Shown here piece by piece: positions 55,838-64,000 of a stretch of DNA of 64,000 bases. Origin of the DNA: an uncultured Rhodobacteraceae bacterium (lineage in GTDB: Bacteria > Pseudomonadota > Alphaproteobacteria > Rhodobacterales > Rhodobacteraceae); assembly GCA_947503775.1 (NCBI GenBank), contig CANNFE010000012.1, forward strand, positions 18,737 through 82,736, written 5' to 3'. Position 1 is the first letter of the stretch. Every line of letters begins with the position of its first letter. Both the position numbers and the translations under genes were made by a program. The notes beneath the pieces were generated by a model, which did no database searches, was not told the DNA's origin, and saw only the letters and a program-made list of their open reading frames with translations.

Positions 55838-56515
55838 TCAATCGCAGGCCTCGCGGATGGCGCGCATATTTGCACCATAGGGCGCTGGATCCTCGACCGA
55901 TCCGCCCTTGAACACGGCCGAGCCGGCGACCAGCACATCCGCTCCGGCGGTGACAAGGCCGGGGGCGGTCTTGGGTGTGACGCCGCCGTCGATCTCGATA
56001 TGCACCTCGCGGTCGCCCAGCATCTTGCGCAAGGTCGCGACCTTGCCTTCGAGCGGGACGAAGGATTGTCCGCCGAAACCGGGATTGACCGTCATCACGC
56101 AGATCAGATCGATGAGATCCAGCAGATGCGCGATCGCTTCGGCCGGAGTGCCGGGGTTCAGAGCCACGCCCGCCTTGCAGCCGGCCGCGCGGATCGCCTG
56201 GAGCGTGCGATGGATATGCGGGCCGGCCTCTATATGGGCGGTGATGATATCCGATCCGGCTTCGGCGAACGCCTCGATGTAGGGATCGACCGGCGCGATC
56301 ATCAGATGGACGTCCATGACCGTTTTCACATGCGGTCGCAGGGCTTTGACCATGGGCGGGCCAAAGGTGAGGTTCGGCACGAAATGCCCGTCCATCACGT
56401 CGATATGCACCCAATCGGCGCCCTGATCCTCGATCGCGCGGCACTCCGCCCCGAAATTGGCGAAATCCGCCGCCAAAATGGATGGAGCGATCTTGAGCGC
56501 GCGGTCGAATGGCAT
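55838..56515 (-). CDS. rpe: ribulose-phosphate 3-epimerase
   Basis: 225 aa: IAPSILAADFANFGAE...HIDVMDGHFVPNLTFGP... Confidence 0.95.
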   Translation of the reverse strand: MPFDRALKIAPSILAADFANFGAECRAIEDQGADWVHIDVMDGHFVPNLTFGPPMVKALRPHVKTVMDVHLMIAPVDPYIEAFAEAGSDIITAHIEAGPHIHRTLQAIRAAGCKAGVALNPGTPAEAIAHLLDLIDLICVMTVNPGFGGQSFVPLEGKVATLRKMLGDREVHIEIDGGVTPKTAPGLVTAGADVLVAGSAVFKGGSVEDPAPYGANMRAIREACD

Positions 56516-56642
56516 GGCTTTCCCCTGATATCGGCCCCGATCTTGTGCGATGTTCCAGGCGGATTGTCACGACCGGCGGCCCCTTGCCGAAATGTCGCAC
56601 CGGGTCTGATACAACCCCAGCACGAATGATATAGCCTCGCTC

Positions 56643-57488
56643 ATGTCGATCATCCAGATTCTCAGCGAGGATATCCTCGCCCCCGGGGACGCGCTCCATT
56701 TCAGCCGCTCCGTCCTGCCACGCGCCCGGCAAACCCGACTGCATGGCCATGACTTTCACGAGCTTTTCTGGATCCAGCACGGGCGCGCCCGGCACAAGAT
56801 CAACGGCCAGGTGCAAGAGCTGGACGAAGGCGATCTGGTCTTCATCCGGCCGCGCGATGTGCACGGGCTGCAAGGGCGCGGGGACGAGACACATATGGTC
56901 AACCTCATCCTTGCCGATACCGTTCTGACCCCGCTCCGGCAGCGGCACGAGAGCCTCAAGGAACGGTTCTTCTGGTCCGAGGAGGATCTGCCGGCCCGGC
57001 ATCGCCGCGACATGCGCCAGTTGGCAGAGCTCTCTCGCAGCGCGCTGGCGCTCGAGACGGGCGCGCGCACGCCGCTCGATGCCGAAGCGTTCCTGCTCCC
57101 GCTTCTGGGTGATCTCATGCCCGCCGCGGGCGGCATAGGCGAAGGCGCGCCGGACTGGCTGGTCGAGGCTTGTGCCGCGGCGCGCGATCCCAAGGTCTTT
57201 CGCGACGGCGCTGCCGGGTTCGTGCGCGCCAGCGGGCGGGCCCATGCCCATGTCAGCCGCACCGCCCGGCGCCATCTGGGGCAAAGCCCGTCGGAATATG
57301 TCAACCGCATCCGGATGGAGCATGCGGCCCGGCGGCTTGTCGGAACCGAGGACAGCCTGACCGAGATCGCCGAGGAATGCGGCCTGCCAAATCTCAGCCA
57401 TTTCCACCGGCTCTTCCGTGCCCAGCACGGCCTGACGCCCCATGCCTACAGACGTCAGCGGCAGCGGCACCTTGTGACGCCGGTCTGA
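56643..57488 (+). CDS. AraC family transcriptional regulator (cupin + HTH)
   Basis: N-terminal cupin (HGHDFHELFWI...). C-terminal SLTEIAEECGLPNLSHFHRLFRAQHGLTPHAYR. Confidence 0.9.
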   Translation: MSIIQILSEDILAPGDALHFSRSVLPRARQTRLHGHDFHELFWIQHGRARHKINGQVQELDEGDLVFIRPRDVHGLQGRGDETHMVNLILADTVLTPLRQRHESLKERFFWSEEDLPARHRRDMRQLAELSRSALALETGARTPLDAEAFLLPLLGDLMPAAGGIGEGAPDWLVEACAAARDPKVFRDGAAGFVRASGRAHAHVSRTARRHLGQSPSEYVNRIRMEHAARRLVGTEDSLTEIAEECGLPNLSHFHRLFRAQHGLTPHAYRRQRQRHLVTPV

Positions 57489-57564
57489 CCTCGCGGCTCA
57501 TCTTGAAGTGGCGGGCGGGCCGTGAAAGGGTTGGACATTCTTTCCAGGCCGGACCCCGCCTCCC

Positions 57565-58563
57565 ATGTCGCAAACCGATACCGCGCTTCAGACCGCCTCG
57601 TCCCATCTTCCGCAGCCGGTCGAGACCCGCAATCCCGGCCTGCCGCTGGATCTGTCCTGGGTCCGCGCCGTGCAGGCCAATACGTCAGCCATCGAGCGTC
57701 GGGCCGCGACCTTGCCGGGGCGCCGGTCGGTCAAGAAGGAGTACCAGGCGGCCTGGCTGCTCAAGGCGATCACCTGCATCGATCTGACCACGCTGGCGGG
57801 CGATGACACGCCGGGGCGGGTCCGCCGGCTCTGTGCCAAGGCGCGCCAGCCGGTGCGCGGCGATCTTCTGGAGGCGCTGGGCGTCGAAGGGATCACCACC
57901 GGCGCCGTCTGCGTCTATCACGACATGGTCGAAATCGCCGTAGAGGCGCTGCGCGGCACCGGCATCCCGGTCGCGGCGGTCTCCACCGGTTTCCCGGCGG
58001 GTCTGTCTCCGCTGCATCTGCGGATCGCGGAGATCGAGGACAGCGTCAAAGCGGGCGCTCACGAGATCGACATCGTCATCTCGCGCCGCCACGTCCTGAC
58101 CGGCGACTGGCAGGCGCTTTACGACGAAATGCGCGCGTTTCGCGAGGCCTGCGGCGAAGCGCATGTCAAAGCAATCCTCGCCACCGGAGAGCTGGGCACG
58201 CTCCGAAATGTCGCCCGCGCCTCCCTTGTCTGCATGATGGCGGGGGCCGACTTCATCAAGACCTCCACCGGCAAGGAGCCGGTCAACGCGACGCTCCCGG
58301 TGACGCTGACGATGATCCGCGCGATCCGCGACTATCACGAGCGCACGGGGCTCCGCGTCGGCTACAAACCGGCGGGCGGGATCTCGAAGGCGAAGGATGC
58401 GCTGGTCTATCTGGCGATGATCAAGGACGAGCTGGGCGATCGCTGGTTGCAGCCGGATCTCTTTCGGTTCGGGGCATCCTCGCTGCTTGGCGATATCGAA
58501 CGGCAGCTCGAGCACCATGTGACCGGCGCCTATTCCGCCGGGTGGCGCCATGCGATCGGGTGA
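57565..58563 (+). CDS. deoC: deoxyribose-phosphate aldolase (long form)
   Basis: 332 aa. CIDLTTL..., EIDIVI, and the Schiff-base lysine context ADFIKTSTGK. Confidence 0.88.
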   Translation: MSQTDTALQTASSHLPQPVETRNPGLPLDLSWVRAVQANTSAIERRAATLPGRRSVKKEYQAAWLLKAITCIDLTTLAGDDTPGRVRRLCAKARQPVRGDLLEALGVEGITTGAVCVYHDMVEIAVEALRGTGIPVAAVSTGFPAGLSPLHLRIAEIEDSVKAGAHEIDIVISRRHVLTGDWQALYDEMRAFREACGEAHVKAILATGELGTLRNVARASLVCMMAGADFIKTSTGKEPVNATLPVTLTMIRAIRDYHERTGLRVGYKPAGGISKAKDALVYLAMIKDELGDRWLQPDLFRFGASSLLGDIERQLEHHVTGAYSAGWRHAIG

Positions 58564-58623
58564 GGCGCAGGCCGAAACGCCGGATTTGCATATTTATGAC
58601 AAGATGAAGCGAGGAGCCGCGCG

Positions 58624-60963
58624 ATGACCGTCAAGGAGATCTTCGAGACGATGGACTACGGCCCCGCGCCTGAAAGCGCCTCCGAGGCTTTGGCGTGGAT
58701 CGACCGTCATGGCGGGCGGTTCGGCCATTTCATCGGCGGCGCCTTCACGGATCCCGGCGAGACATTCGAGACGAAGAACCCGGCGACGGGCAAGACTCTG
58801 GCAGCGGTCACGCTAGGCAAGGCCGAGGATATCGAGGCGGCGGTCAAAGCTGCCCGCAAGGCCCAGCCGAAATGGGCAGCGCTCGGCGGTCATGGCCGGG
58901 CGCGCGTGCTTTATGCGATTGCGCGGATCCTGCAAAAGCAGTCGCGGCTCTTCGCGGTGCTCGAGACGCTGGACAACGGCAAGCCGATCCGTGAAAGCCG
59001 GGATATCGATATTCCGCTGGCCACCCGTCATTTCTATTATCACGCCGGCATGGCGCAGCTGATGGAGGACGAACTTCCGGGGCGCGAGGCTTTGGGCGTC
59101 TGCGGGCAGATCGTGCCCTGGAACTTTCCGCTGCTGATGCTCGCCTGGAAGATCGCGCCTGCTTTGGCGATGGGCAACACGGTGGTGCTGAAACCGGCGG
59201 AATATACGCCCCTGACCGCGCTTCTCTTCGCGTCGATCTGCGCCGAGGCAGGCGTGCCGCCGGGCGTGGTGAACATCGTCACCGGCGATGGCTCGACCGG
59301 GGCCGCTTTGGTGGAGGCCGAGGTCGACAAGATCGCCTTCACCGGCTCGACCGAGGTGGGCCGCCGCATCCGCGAGCAGACCGCCGGAACCGGAAAGGCG
59401 CTGACGCTCGAGCTGGGCGGGAAGTCCCCCTATATCGTCTTCGATGACGCCGATCTGGATTCCGCCGTCGAGGGCCTTGTCGATGCGATCTGGTTCAATC
59501 AGGGCCAGGTCTGCTGTGCGGGCTCGCGCCTCTTGGTCCAGGAGACCATCTCGGACCGCTTCCACGCCAAGCTGCGCGCGCGGATGGACGGGCTTCGGAT
59601 CGGCAATCCGCTCGACAAGGCGATCGATATCGGCGCCATCATCGATCCGGTGCAGCTCGACGCGATCACCCGCAAGGTGGACAGCAATCGGAGCGGCCAC
59701 CTCCACCGCGCCGCAACGCCTCTGCCCGCCGAAGGGTCGTTCTACCCGCCGACGCTGATCAGCGGTCTCTCTCCCGCCGATCCGCTCATGCAGGAGGAGA
59801 TCTTCGGCCCGGTCCTCGTTTCCACCACCTTCCGCACCCCGTCGGAGGCGGTGGAGATCGCGAACAACACGCGCTACGGGCTCGCCGCGACGGTTTGGAC
59901 CGAGAATATCAACCTCGCGCTCGATATCGCGCCAAAGCTGGTCTCGGGCATCGTCTGGATCAACGGGACCAACATGATGGATGCCGCAGCCGGCTTTGGC
60001 GGCGTGCGCGAAAGCGGCTTCGGGCGCGAAGGCGGCTGGGAGGGGCTGACGGCCTATACGAAGCCGGTAGGCAAGACCAAATCGCTCGATCCGGTCACGG
60101 CGCATCAAGGCGAGGGCGGGCCGTCCGATCCGCTCGACCGGACGGCCAAGCTCTATATCGGCGGCAAGCAGGCCCGCCCCGATGGCGGCTATTCCCGCGC
60201 GGTATATGGGCTCAAGGGCGCGCTTCTGGGGCATGCCTCGCTGGCCAATCGGAAGGATGTCCGCAACGCCGTCGAAGCCGCTCACGCCGCCAAGGGGTGG
60301 AGCCGGACAACCGCGCATTTGCGCGCGCAGATCCTGTACTACATCGCAGAAAACCTCGCCGCCCGCGAGGATGAGATCGCGCAGGTTCTCGATGCGATGC
60401 AAGGCGGCAAAACCGGCAAGACCGAGGTGGAACAGGCCATTCAGCGCCTCTTCACCTATGCCGCCTGGGCCGACAAGCTTGACGGCGCGGCCAAGCCGGT
60501 GCCGATGCGCGGCACGGCTTTGGCCATGCGCGAGCCTGTCGGCGTGATCGGCGCGCTTTGTTCGGACGAGGCTCCGCTTCTGGGATTGGTCAGCGTCATG
60601 GGCGCGGCTATGGCGATGGGCAACCGCGCGGTCCTCGTGGCCTCCGAGCCCTTTCCGCTGGTCGCGCGCGAACTGATCCAGGTGCTTGAAACCTCGGACG
60701 TGCCGGGCGGCGTCGTCAACATCCTGACCGGCAGCCACGCCGAACTGGCTGGCCCGCTTGCCAGCCACATGGATGTCGATGCGGTCTGGAGCTTTTCCTC
60801 CACCGACCTCTCAGCCGAGATCGAGCGCGCCGCCGCAGGCAACCTCAAGCGAAGCTGGGTCAACGACGGAAAAGCCCGCGACTGGAGCCGAAGCGACGCA
60901 CGGACGTTCCTTGATGCCGCAACCGAGATCAAGACGATCTGGATCCCCTACGGCGAAGGCTAG
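58624..60963 (+). CDS. aldehyde dehydrogenase family protein with extra C-terminal partial ALDH-like domain
   Basis: Residues 1 to about 490 form a complete ALDH (VPWNFP, LELGGKSP, GQVCCAGSR). Residues about 510-779 repeat only the N-terminal/NAD-binding half of an ALDH (KLYIGGKQ..., REPVGVIGAL..., GGVVNILTG...) and have no catalytic Cys region. Confidence 0.85.
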   Translation: MTVKEIFETMDYGPAPESASEALAWIDRHGGRFGHFIGGAFTDPGETFETKNPATGKTLAAVTLGKAEDIEAAVKAARKAQPKWAALGGHGRARVLYAIARILQKQSRLFAVLETLDNGKPIRESRDIDIPLATRHFYYHAGMAQLMEDELPGREALGVCGQIVPWNFPLLMLAWKIAPALAMGNTVVLKPAEYTPLTALLFASICAEAGVPPGVVNIVTGDGSTGAALVEAEVDKIAFTGSTEVGRRIREQTAGTGKALTLELGGKSPYIVFDDADLDSAVEGLVDAIWFNQGQVCCAGSRLLVQETISDRFHAKLRARMDGLRIGNPLDKAIDIGAIIDPVQLDAITRKVDSNRSGHLHRAATPLPAEGSFYPPTLISGLSPADPLMQEEIFGPVLVSTTFRTPSEAVEIANNTRYGLAATVWTENINLALDIAPKLVSGIVWINGTNMMDAAAGFGGVRESGFGREGGWEGLTAYTKPVGKTKSLDPVTAHQGEGGPSDPLDRTAKLYIGGKQARPDGGYSRAVYGLKGALLGHASLANRKDVRNAVEAAHAAKGWSRTTAHLRAQILYYIAENLAAREDEIAQVLDAMQGGKTGKTEVEQAIQRLFTYAAWADKLDGAAKPVPMRGTALAMREPVGVIGALCSDEAPLLGLVSVMGAAMAMGNRAVLVASEPFPLVARELIQVLETSDVPGGVVNILTGSHAELAGPLASHMDVDAVWSFSSTDLSAEIERAAAGNLKRSWVNDGKARDWSRSDARTFLDAATEIKTIWIPYGEG

Positions 60964-61322
60964 GCGACAGAATTCGCTGGAAAATCTTCCTGCCAAACGG
61001 GGCGGCATAGTTCCGTCTGGACCCTGGCGTGAAAAGTCAGGATTTCCTGACCTTCCCCGATTCAGGAACGTTACGAGCATCTTTGCGCCGAAGACAATAA
61101 TGCGTGAGGCGGTCCCTTTTTCTGGAAAGCTCCAATCGTTCCCGATTGACCGGCCTTCATCCGCGCCCTGGAAAAAAGGTCATTCACCATGGTTGGCAAT
61201 CCGTCACGTTGCATCCGGGACATAGGCCATTGAGCGGCGTTCATTCCGCAGATGTGGCTCCAAAGGAGAGGTGATTAGGTCGAGCTGTCCTCGCACAGGA
61301 AGGACGTCTTGGAACTTGAGCA

Positions 61323-61913
61323 ATGAAATACCTTATCATTCCTGCCCTGCTGGCCAGCGCAGTCGCCTCATCGGCGACCGCAAACGACTATGTCAACTCC
61401 GACTACATCTACGGGTACTCCGCGACGATCGAAGTCGGAGACGATTATGACGCCTCGGGGTTTGGTCTAGCCGGACGCTTCAGTGTCAGTCCGGACGGCA
61501 AGATCGTCGGCGACTGGCGCCAGTTCTCCGACGAGATCTTTGGATTTGACCTCGATTTCAACATCGGACAACTGGGGTACCGGCATACGCTGGCACAAGA
61601 TGCAAACTATGCGTTCTCGATGTCGGCAGGCGCCATCTCGGGCGAAATCAGTACCGATTTCGATGACGCCCTTGAAAGCCTCGGCGTCGAGCTGGAGGAA
61701 ACGACATACTTCATCTCGGCCGATATCGAGTTCGGCATCGGTGCGTCAGGCGTCCTGGACGGTGAAATCCAGTTCACCGGAATCGAAGGCAGTGAATGGT
61801 CCTCGAAACTTGGATACACTCAGTATCTGGGACAAAACTTCGGCCTGCGCGCCGCTGGCCGGTTCGGGGAAGATGTCAACCAGTACGAGCTTGGGGCGGT
61901 CTTCCGCTTTTAG
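61323..61913 (+). CDS. small outer-membrane beta-barrel protein
   Basis: Signal peptide MKYLIIPALLASAVASSATA. Alternating amphipathic strands. C-terminal ...ELGAVFRF (terminal Phe signature). Confidence 0.7.
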   Translation: MKYLIIPALLASAVASSATANDYVNSDYIYGYSATIEVGDDYDASGFGLAGRFSVSPDGKIVGDWRQFSDEIFGFDLDFNIGQLGYRHTLAQDANYAFSMSAGAISGEISTDFDDALESLGVELEETTYFISADIEFGIGASGVLDGEIQFTGIEGSEWSSKLGYTQYLGQNFGLRAAGRFGEDVNQYELGAVFRF

Positions 61914-61919
61914 ACCGAA

Positions 61920-61941
61920 GGAGCGGCCTCCGGGCCGCTCC
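61920..61941. terminator. bidirectional GC hairpin between convergent genes
   Basis: GGAGCGGCC-TCCG-GGCCGCTCC: 9-bp perfect stem. It lies between the OMP stop (61913) and the DUF1523 stop (61952). Confidence 0.6.
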
Positions 61942-61951
61942 GACCCTGCCG

Positions 61952-62590
61952 TCACCCGCGCGGCTTGCTCCGCCATGTGCCCAGCCAGCGCGACATCCGG
62001 CCCGTCGTGTCGTCGTATTTCGCATCGAGCCGGTCCATCACCGGAGAGATGCGCTTTCGCTTGAACCGGATCCAGCGGGCGGTCACGTACCAGATGAACG
62101 AAATCACGAAAAACCAGCTGATGATCGCGATCCAGGGCACGATCGTCACGTCCGGGCCCGGCACAGGCCGGATCGTGACCGCATTGGGATAGATCGAGAG
62201 GTAAGGGATCCGCACGCCGTAATGCCGGACCGCCGCCCATTCTGCATTGCTCGGGTCCGGTGAGCGCAGAGCGCTCGCCTCGGTCTGCAGATTGGCCGTA
62301 TCGAACTTGAAATAGGGCGGCCAGCTCCAGCCGGTATCCTCATTGCGATAAACCATCGGCTTGCCGTTGCGTTGCACCGTCTGAATAAAGAATACGTCAC
62401 GTGTATCATTGACCGGTTGACCGCTATCGGGCTGTGACCAAAAAAGTGTGTTCTTGTCGTCAAAATCAATCAGTCTGTTATATGTCTCCACCACGCGCAC
62501 CACATCGGTCTGCGGCAGCGTGTAGTACAGGAACGACGCCAGAACGAGCGCCACAGTCCCCCAGAAGATCCATCTTAGATAAAAGACCAT
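61952..62590 (-). CDS. DUF1523-like membrane-anchored protein
   Basis: 212 aa with N- and C-terminal TM segments. The pattern (YYTLPQTDVVRV...VFFIQT...NEDTGWSWPPYFKFD) is what I recall for DUF1523. Not verifiable here. Confidence 0.55.
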   Translation of the reverse strand: MVFYLRWIFWGTVALVLASFLYYTLPQTDVVRVVETYNRLIDFDDKNTLFWSQPDSGQPVNDTRDVFFIQTVQRNGKPMVYRNEDTGWSWPPYFKFDTANLQTEASALRSPDPSNAEWAAVRHYGVRIPYLSIYPNAVTIRPVPGPDVTIVPWIAIISWFFVISFIWYVTARWIRFKRKRISPVMDRLDAKYDDTTGRMSRWLGTWRSKPRG

Positions 62591-62597
62591 TGCCGCC

Positions 62598-62879
62598 TCA
62601 CATGTGGTTCACGGTGTAGATGATAGTGCCGATCGCCGCGATGGGCACCACATAGACCAGAAGGATCAGCTTGCGCCGCATCGATCCGTTATAGTCGGCC
62701 AGCCCGTCGCGGATGAAACTGTCCTTGGCCGCAGGCGTCAAAGCGGGATCTGCGGCCATCCGTGCCTCGAATTCGGTCTCGAGTTTTTCGCGCCGCGCCA
62801 ACCGGGAATAGATCGACAGACAGACGAAGACGACCGTCTGAACGATCAGCAGCATGACCAGAAACCGAATGAATACCAT
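62598..62879 (-). CDS. hypothetical small membrane protein (2 TM)
   Basis: 93 aa: MVFIRFLVMLLIVQTVVFVCLSIY... and LILLVYVVPIAAIGTIIY. It lies 3 nt after the upstream gene and 7 nt before the DUF1523 gene. Confidence 0.55.
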   Translation of the reverse strand: MVFIRFLVMLLIVQTVVFVCLSIYSRLARREKLETEFEARMAADPALTPAAKDSFIRDGLADYNGSMRRKLILLVYVVPIAAIGTIIYTVNHM

Positions 62880-62882
62880 AGC

Positions 62883-64000
62883 CTACCTCCTCACCGCGCC
62901 CCAGGGGCCGACCCGGTCGATGAGGTCGGGCGCTTTGGTCTGCTGGGGCTCCTCCATCGGTGCATCATGCCCGAAGAGCGCGTCGCGCGCACCGGCCTTA
63001 TCGACCGCATATTCGCGTTCTAGAAAACGCGCGACATACTCTTTCTTGGCCTCCGGCCAATCCGCATAGGCGGCGTAGAACGCTGTTTTGTGGCAGATAA
63101 AGAGCTGCCGGATATCCAGCGGGCAAAGCTCGGACAGAAGCATGTTCACCAGATCCGCATCCGGATGCCGCGCCGCGCGCAGCGTGTAGAAATAGGCCGG
63201 ATGCTCGCTCGTGATCGTCGGCCACGGCCCGTCGCTCTCGGCCCAGCGCAGCAGGGCGGAGAGGCCATGGAACGCTTCGGGCAACTGATCGCGGTAGCGT
63301 CGGGCCAGCGCGCGCATATCCGCCCGCGTCGTCTGGCTCAGATCGGCGCCCATATGACCTGCGACATCGACGATGATGAAATCCATCTTCTGGCGCAGCA
63401 CCGCCGCTGCATCGAGGCCGCGCGCCTCGATCAGGGATTCGGCCAGCCCGTTCTCCTGCAGGACCTGCGCGATCCCGGTCCGTTCGGAAAAGTCGAGCAC
63501 CTGCTTGACCGGCAGATCCTCGAGCCCCTCCCTCGGGCCGGCGGCGATCACCGCCGGATGCGCCACATCGCGCATCACGTAAAGCCCGCCGAAATGCGCG
63601 GTCCAGAAGTTGCCCTGCTCGAACTCCATCTCGCTCAGCGTCACCGGGTTGCGCGAGACATCGCCAGTCGCCTTGGCGATATCGATCATCTCGGCGATCA
63701 GGACATCGTCGTACCAGGCATCCTCGACGGTCCGGAACCGCTCGATCTTCTCGCGCAGCTGTCCGGCCTGCCGAACGGCGCCGCCGGTCGTATCGGCCTC
63801 GACCGTCACCTTGCGGATATCAAAAAGCCGCGCCGGGCTCTCGACACCATAGATCGAATTCACCAGCTCTCCGGCCACCGCATCCCGCGCGGTCAGCGCG
63901 AAAAGCTGCGCCTCGTTCTCCTCGATGAATTTGCGCAGCACCCCGCGCGATGTCGAGAATTTGACGTTGAGCAGCGGCGCGGACTTCTGGTCGGTGGTCA
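62883..64000 (-). CDS. conserved hypothetical protein, 5'-truncated by window edge
   Basis: The reading frame stays open to nt 64000 (…TTDQKSAPLLNVKFSTSRGVLRKFIEENEAQ…), and the ORF-track start is a GTG inside it. Soluble, acidic protein. I recognise no family. Confidence 0.55.
   Translation of the reverse strand, partial: TTDQKSAPLLNVKFSTSRGVLRKFIEENEAQLFALTARDAVAGELVNSIYGVESPARLFDIRKVTVEADTTGGAVRQAGQLREKIERFRTVEDAWYDDVLIAEMIDIAKATGDVSRNPVTLSEMEFEQGNFWTAHFGGLYVMRDVAHPAVIAAGPREGLEDLPVKQVLDFSERTGIAQVLQENGLAESLIEARGLDAAAVLRQKMDFIIVDVAGHMGADLSQTTRADMRALARRYRDQLPEAFHGLSALLRWAESDGPWPTITSEHPAYFYTLRAARHPDADLVNMLLSELCPLDIRQLFICHKTAFYAAYADWPEAKKEYVARFLEREYAVDKAGARDALFGHDAPMEEPQQTKAPDLIDRVGPWGAVRR

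Noticed and set aside
55657-55911. An 84-aa ORF starting at the ATG inside motif copy B, and the 39-aa ORF starting at the equivalent ATG in copy A (37630).
   Set aside because: The two peptides share no similarity, the longer one runs antisense into rpe, and neither has an RBS. Coding is unlikely, although a transcript starting here is still possible.
1-64000. Searched for CRISPR arrays, rRNA, tRNA (GGTTCGA-type T-arms), tmRNA/SRP/RNase P signatures, transposases, integrases, and phage or defence-type genes (nucleases, helicases, reverse transcriptases).
   Set aside because: None found. The only tandem repeat is 11 nt x3. The few GGTTCGAA strings lie in CDSs or cannot form a cloverleaf. No ORF resembles a recombinase or a known defence protein.

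Overview
GC-rich chromosomal segment that looks alphaproteobacterial, probably Rhodobacterales-like. This rests on gene content only: mipZ, a separate atpI-B-E-F'-F F0 operon, S16 with an Ala/Glu/Lys-rich tail, and an ffh-rpsP-rimM-trmD-rplS-rpmE neighbourhood. No database search was possible.

I found no rRNA, tRNA, CRISPR array, transposase, integrase or prophage genes. The window is mostly housekeeping and catabolic operons.

Gene content, left to right:
- A PaoABC-like molybdenum hydroxylase, whose FAD subunit carries an in-frame TAG, and an AraC regulator with a 3' frameshift.
- A tightly coupled 8-gene operon: NMT1-type ABC importer, cytosine-deaminase-like amidohydrolase, FAD-linked oxidase, two flavodoxin-like NAD(P)H oxidoreductases and a creatininase-family enzyme.
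- An orphan phnDCEE transporter, then mipZ.
- The translation cluster rpmE-rplS-trmD / rimM-rpsP / ffh. It carries three insertions: an opposite-strand APH-like kinase between trmD and rimM, a chorismate mutase, and four tandem RimJ/RimL-type GNAT paralogs plus a NIPSNAP gene coupled to ffh.
- Two paralogous membrane proteins, azoR with a LysR regulator, and an ArsR-type regulator.
- The F0 ATP synthase operon, an OmpA-family lipoprotein, an Ada-like methyltransferase, nth and a PfkB kinase.
- A sulfotransferase / GT14-like glycosyltransferase / HIT group, and an alpha-glucosidase.
- IorAB-like Mo-hydroxylase with a dihaem cytochrome c.
- hyuA/hyuB with a DAO-type oxidase and a Udh-like dehydrogenase.
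- A two-component system with a GT92-like gene.
- rpe, AraC, deoC and a 779-aa aldehyde dehydrogenase.
- A small OMP and a DUF1523 operon.

No compelling novel defence-type or mobile system is visible. The signals most worth a second look:
- An AT-rich 29-nt palindromic motif present twice, in the same orientation, in two long convergent intergenic gaps about 18 kb apart.
- The GNAT x4 array embedded in the SRP/ribosome cluster.
- The kinase splitting rimM from trmD.
- A REP/MITE-like palindromic repeat family.
- Two apparent gene lesions in the first 4 kb.

Coordinates of sequence motifs were read by eye and could be off by 1-2 nt.
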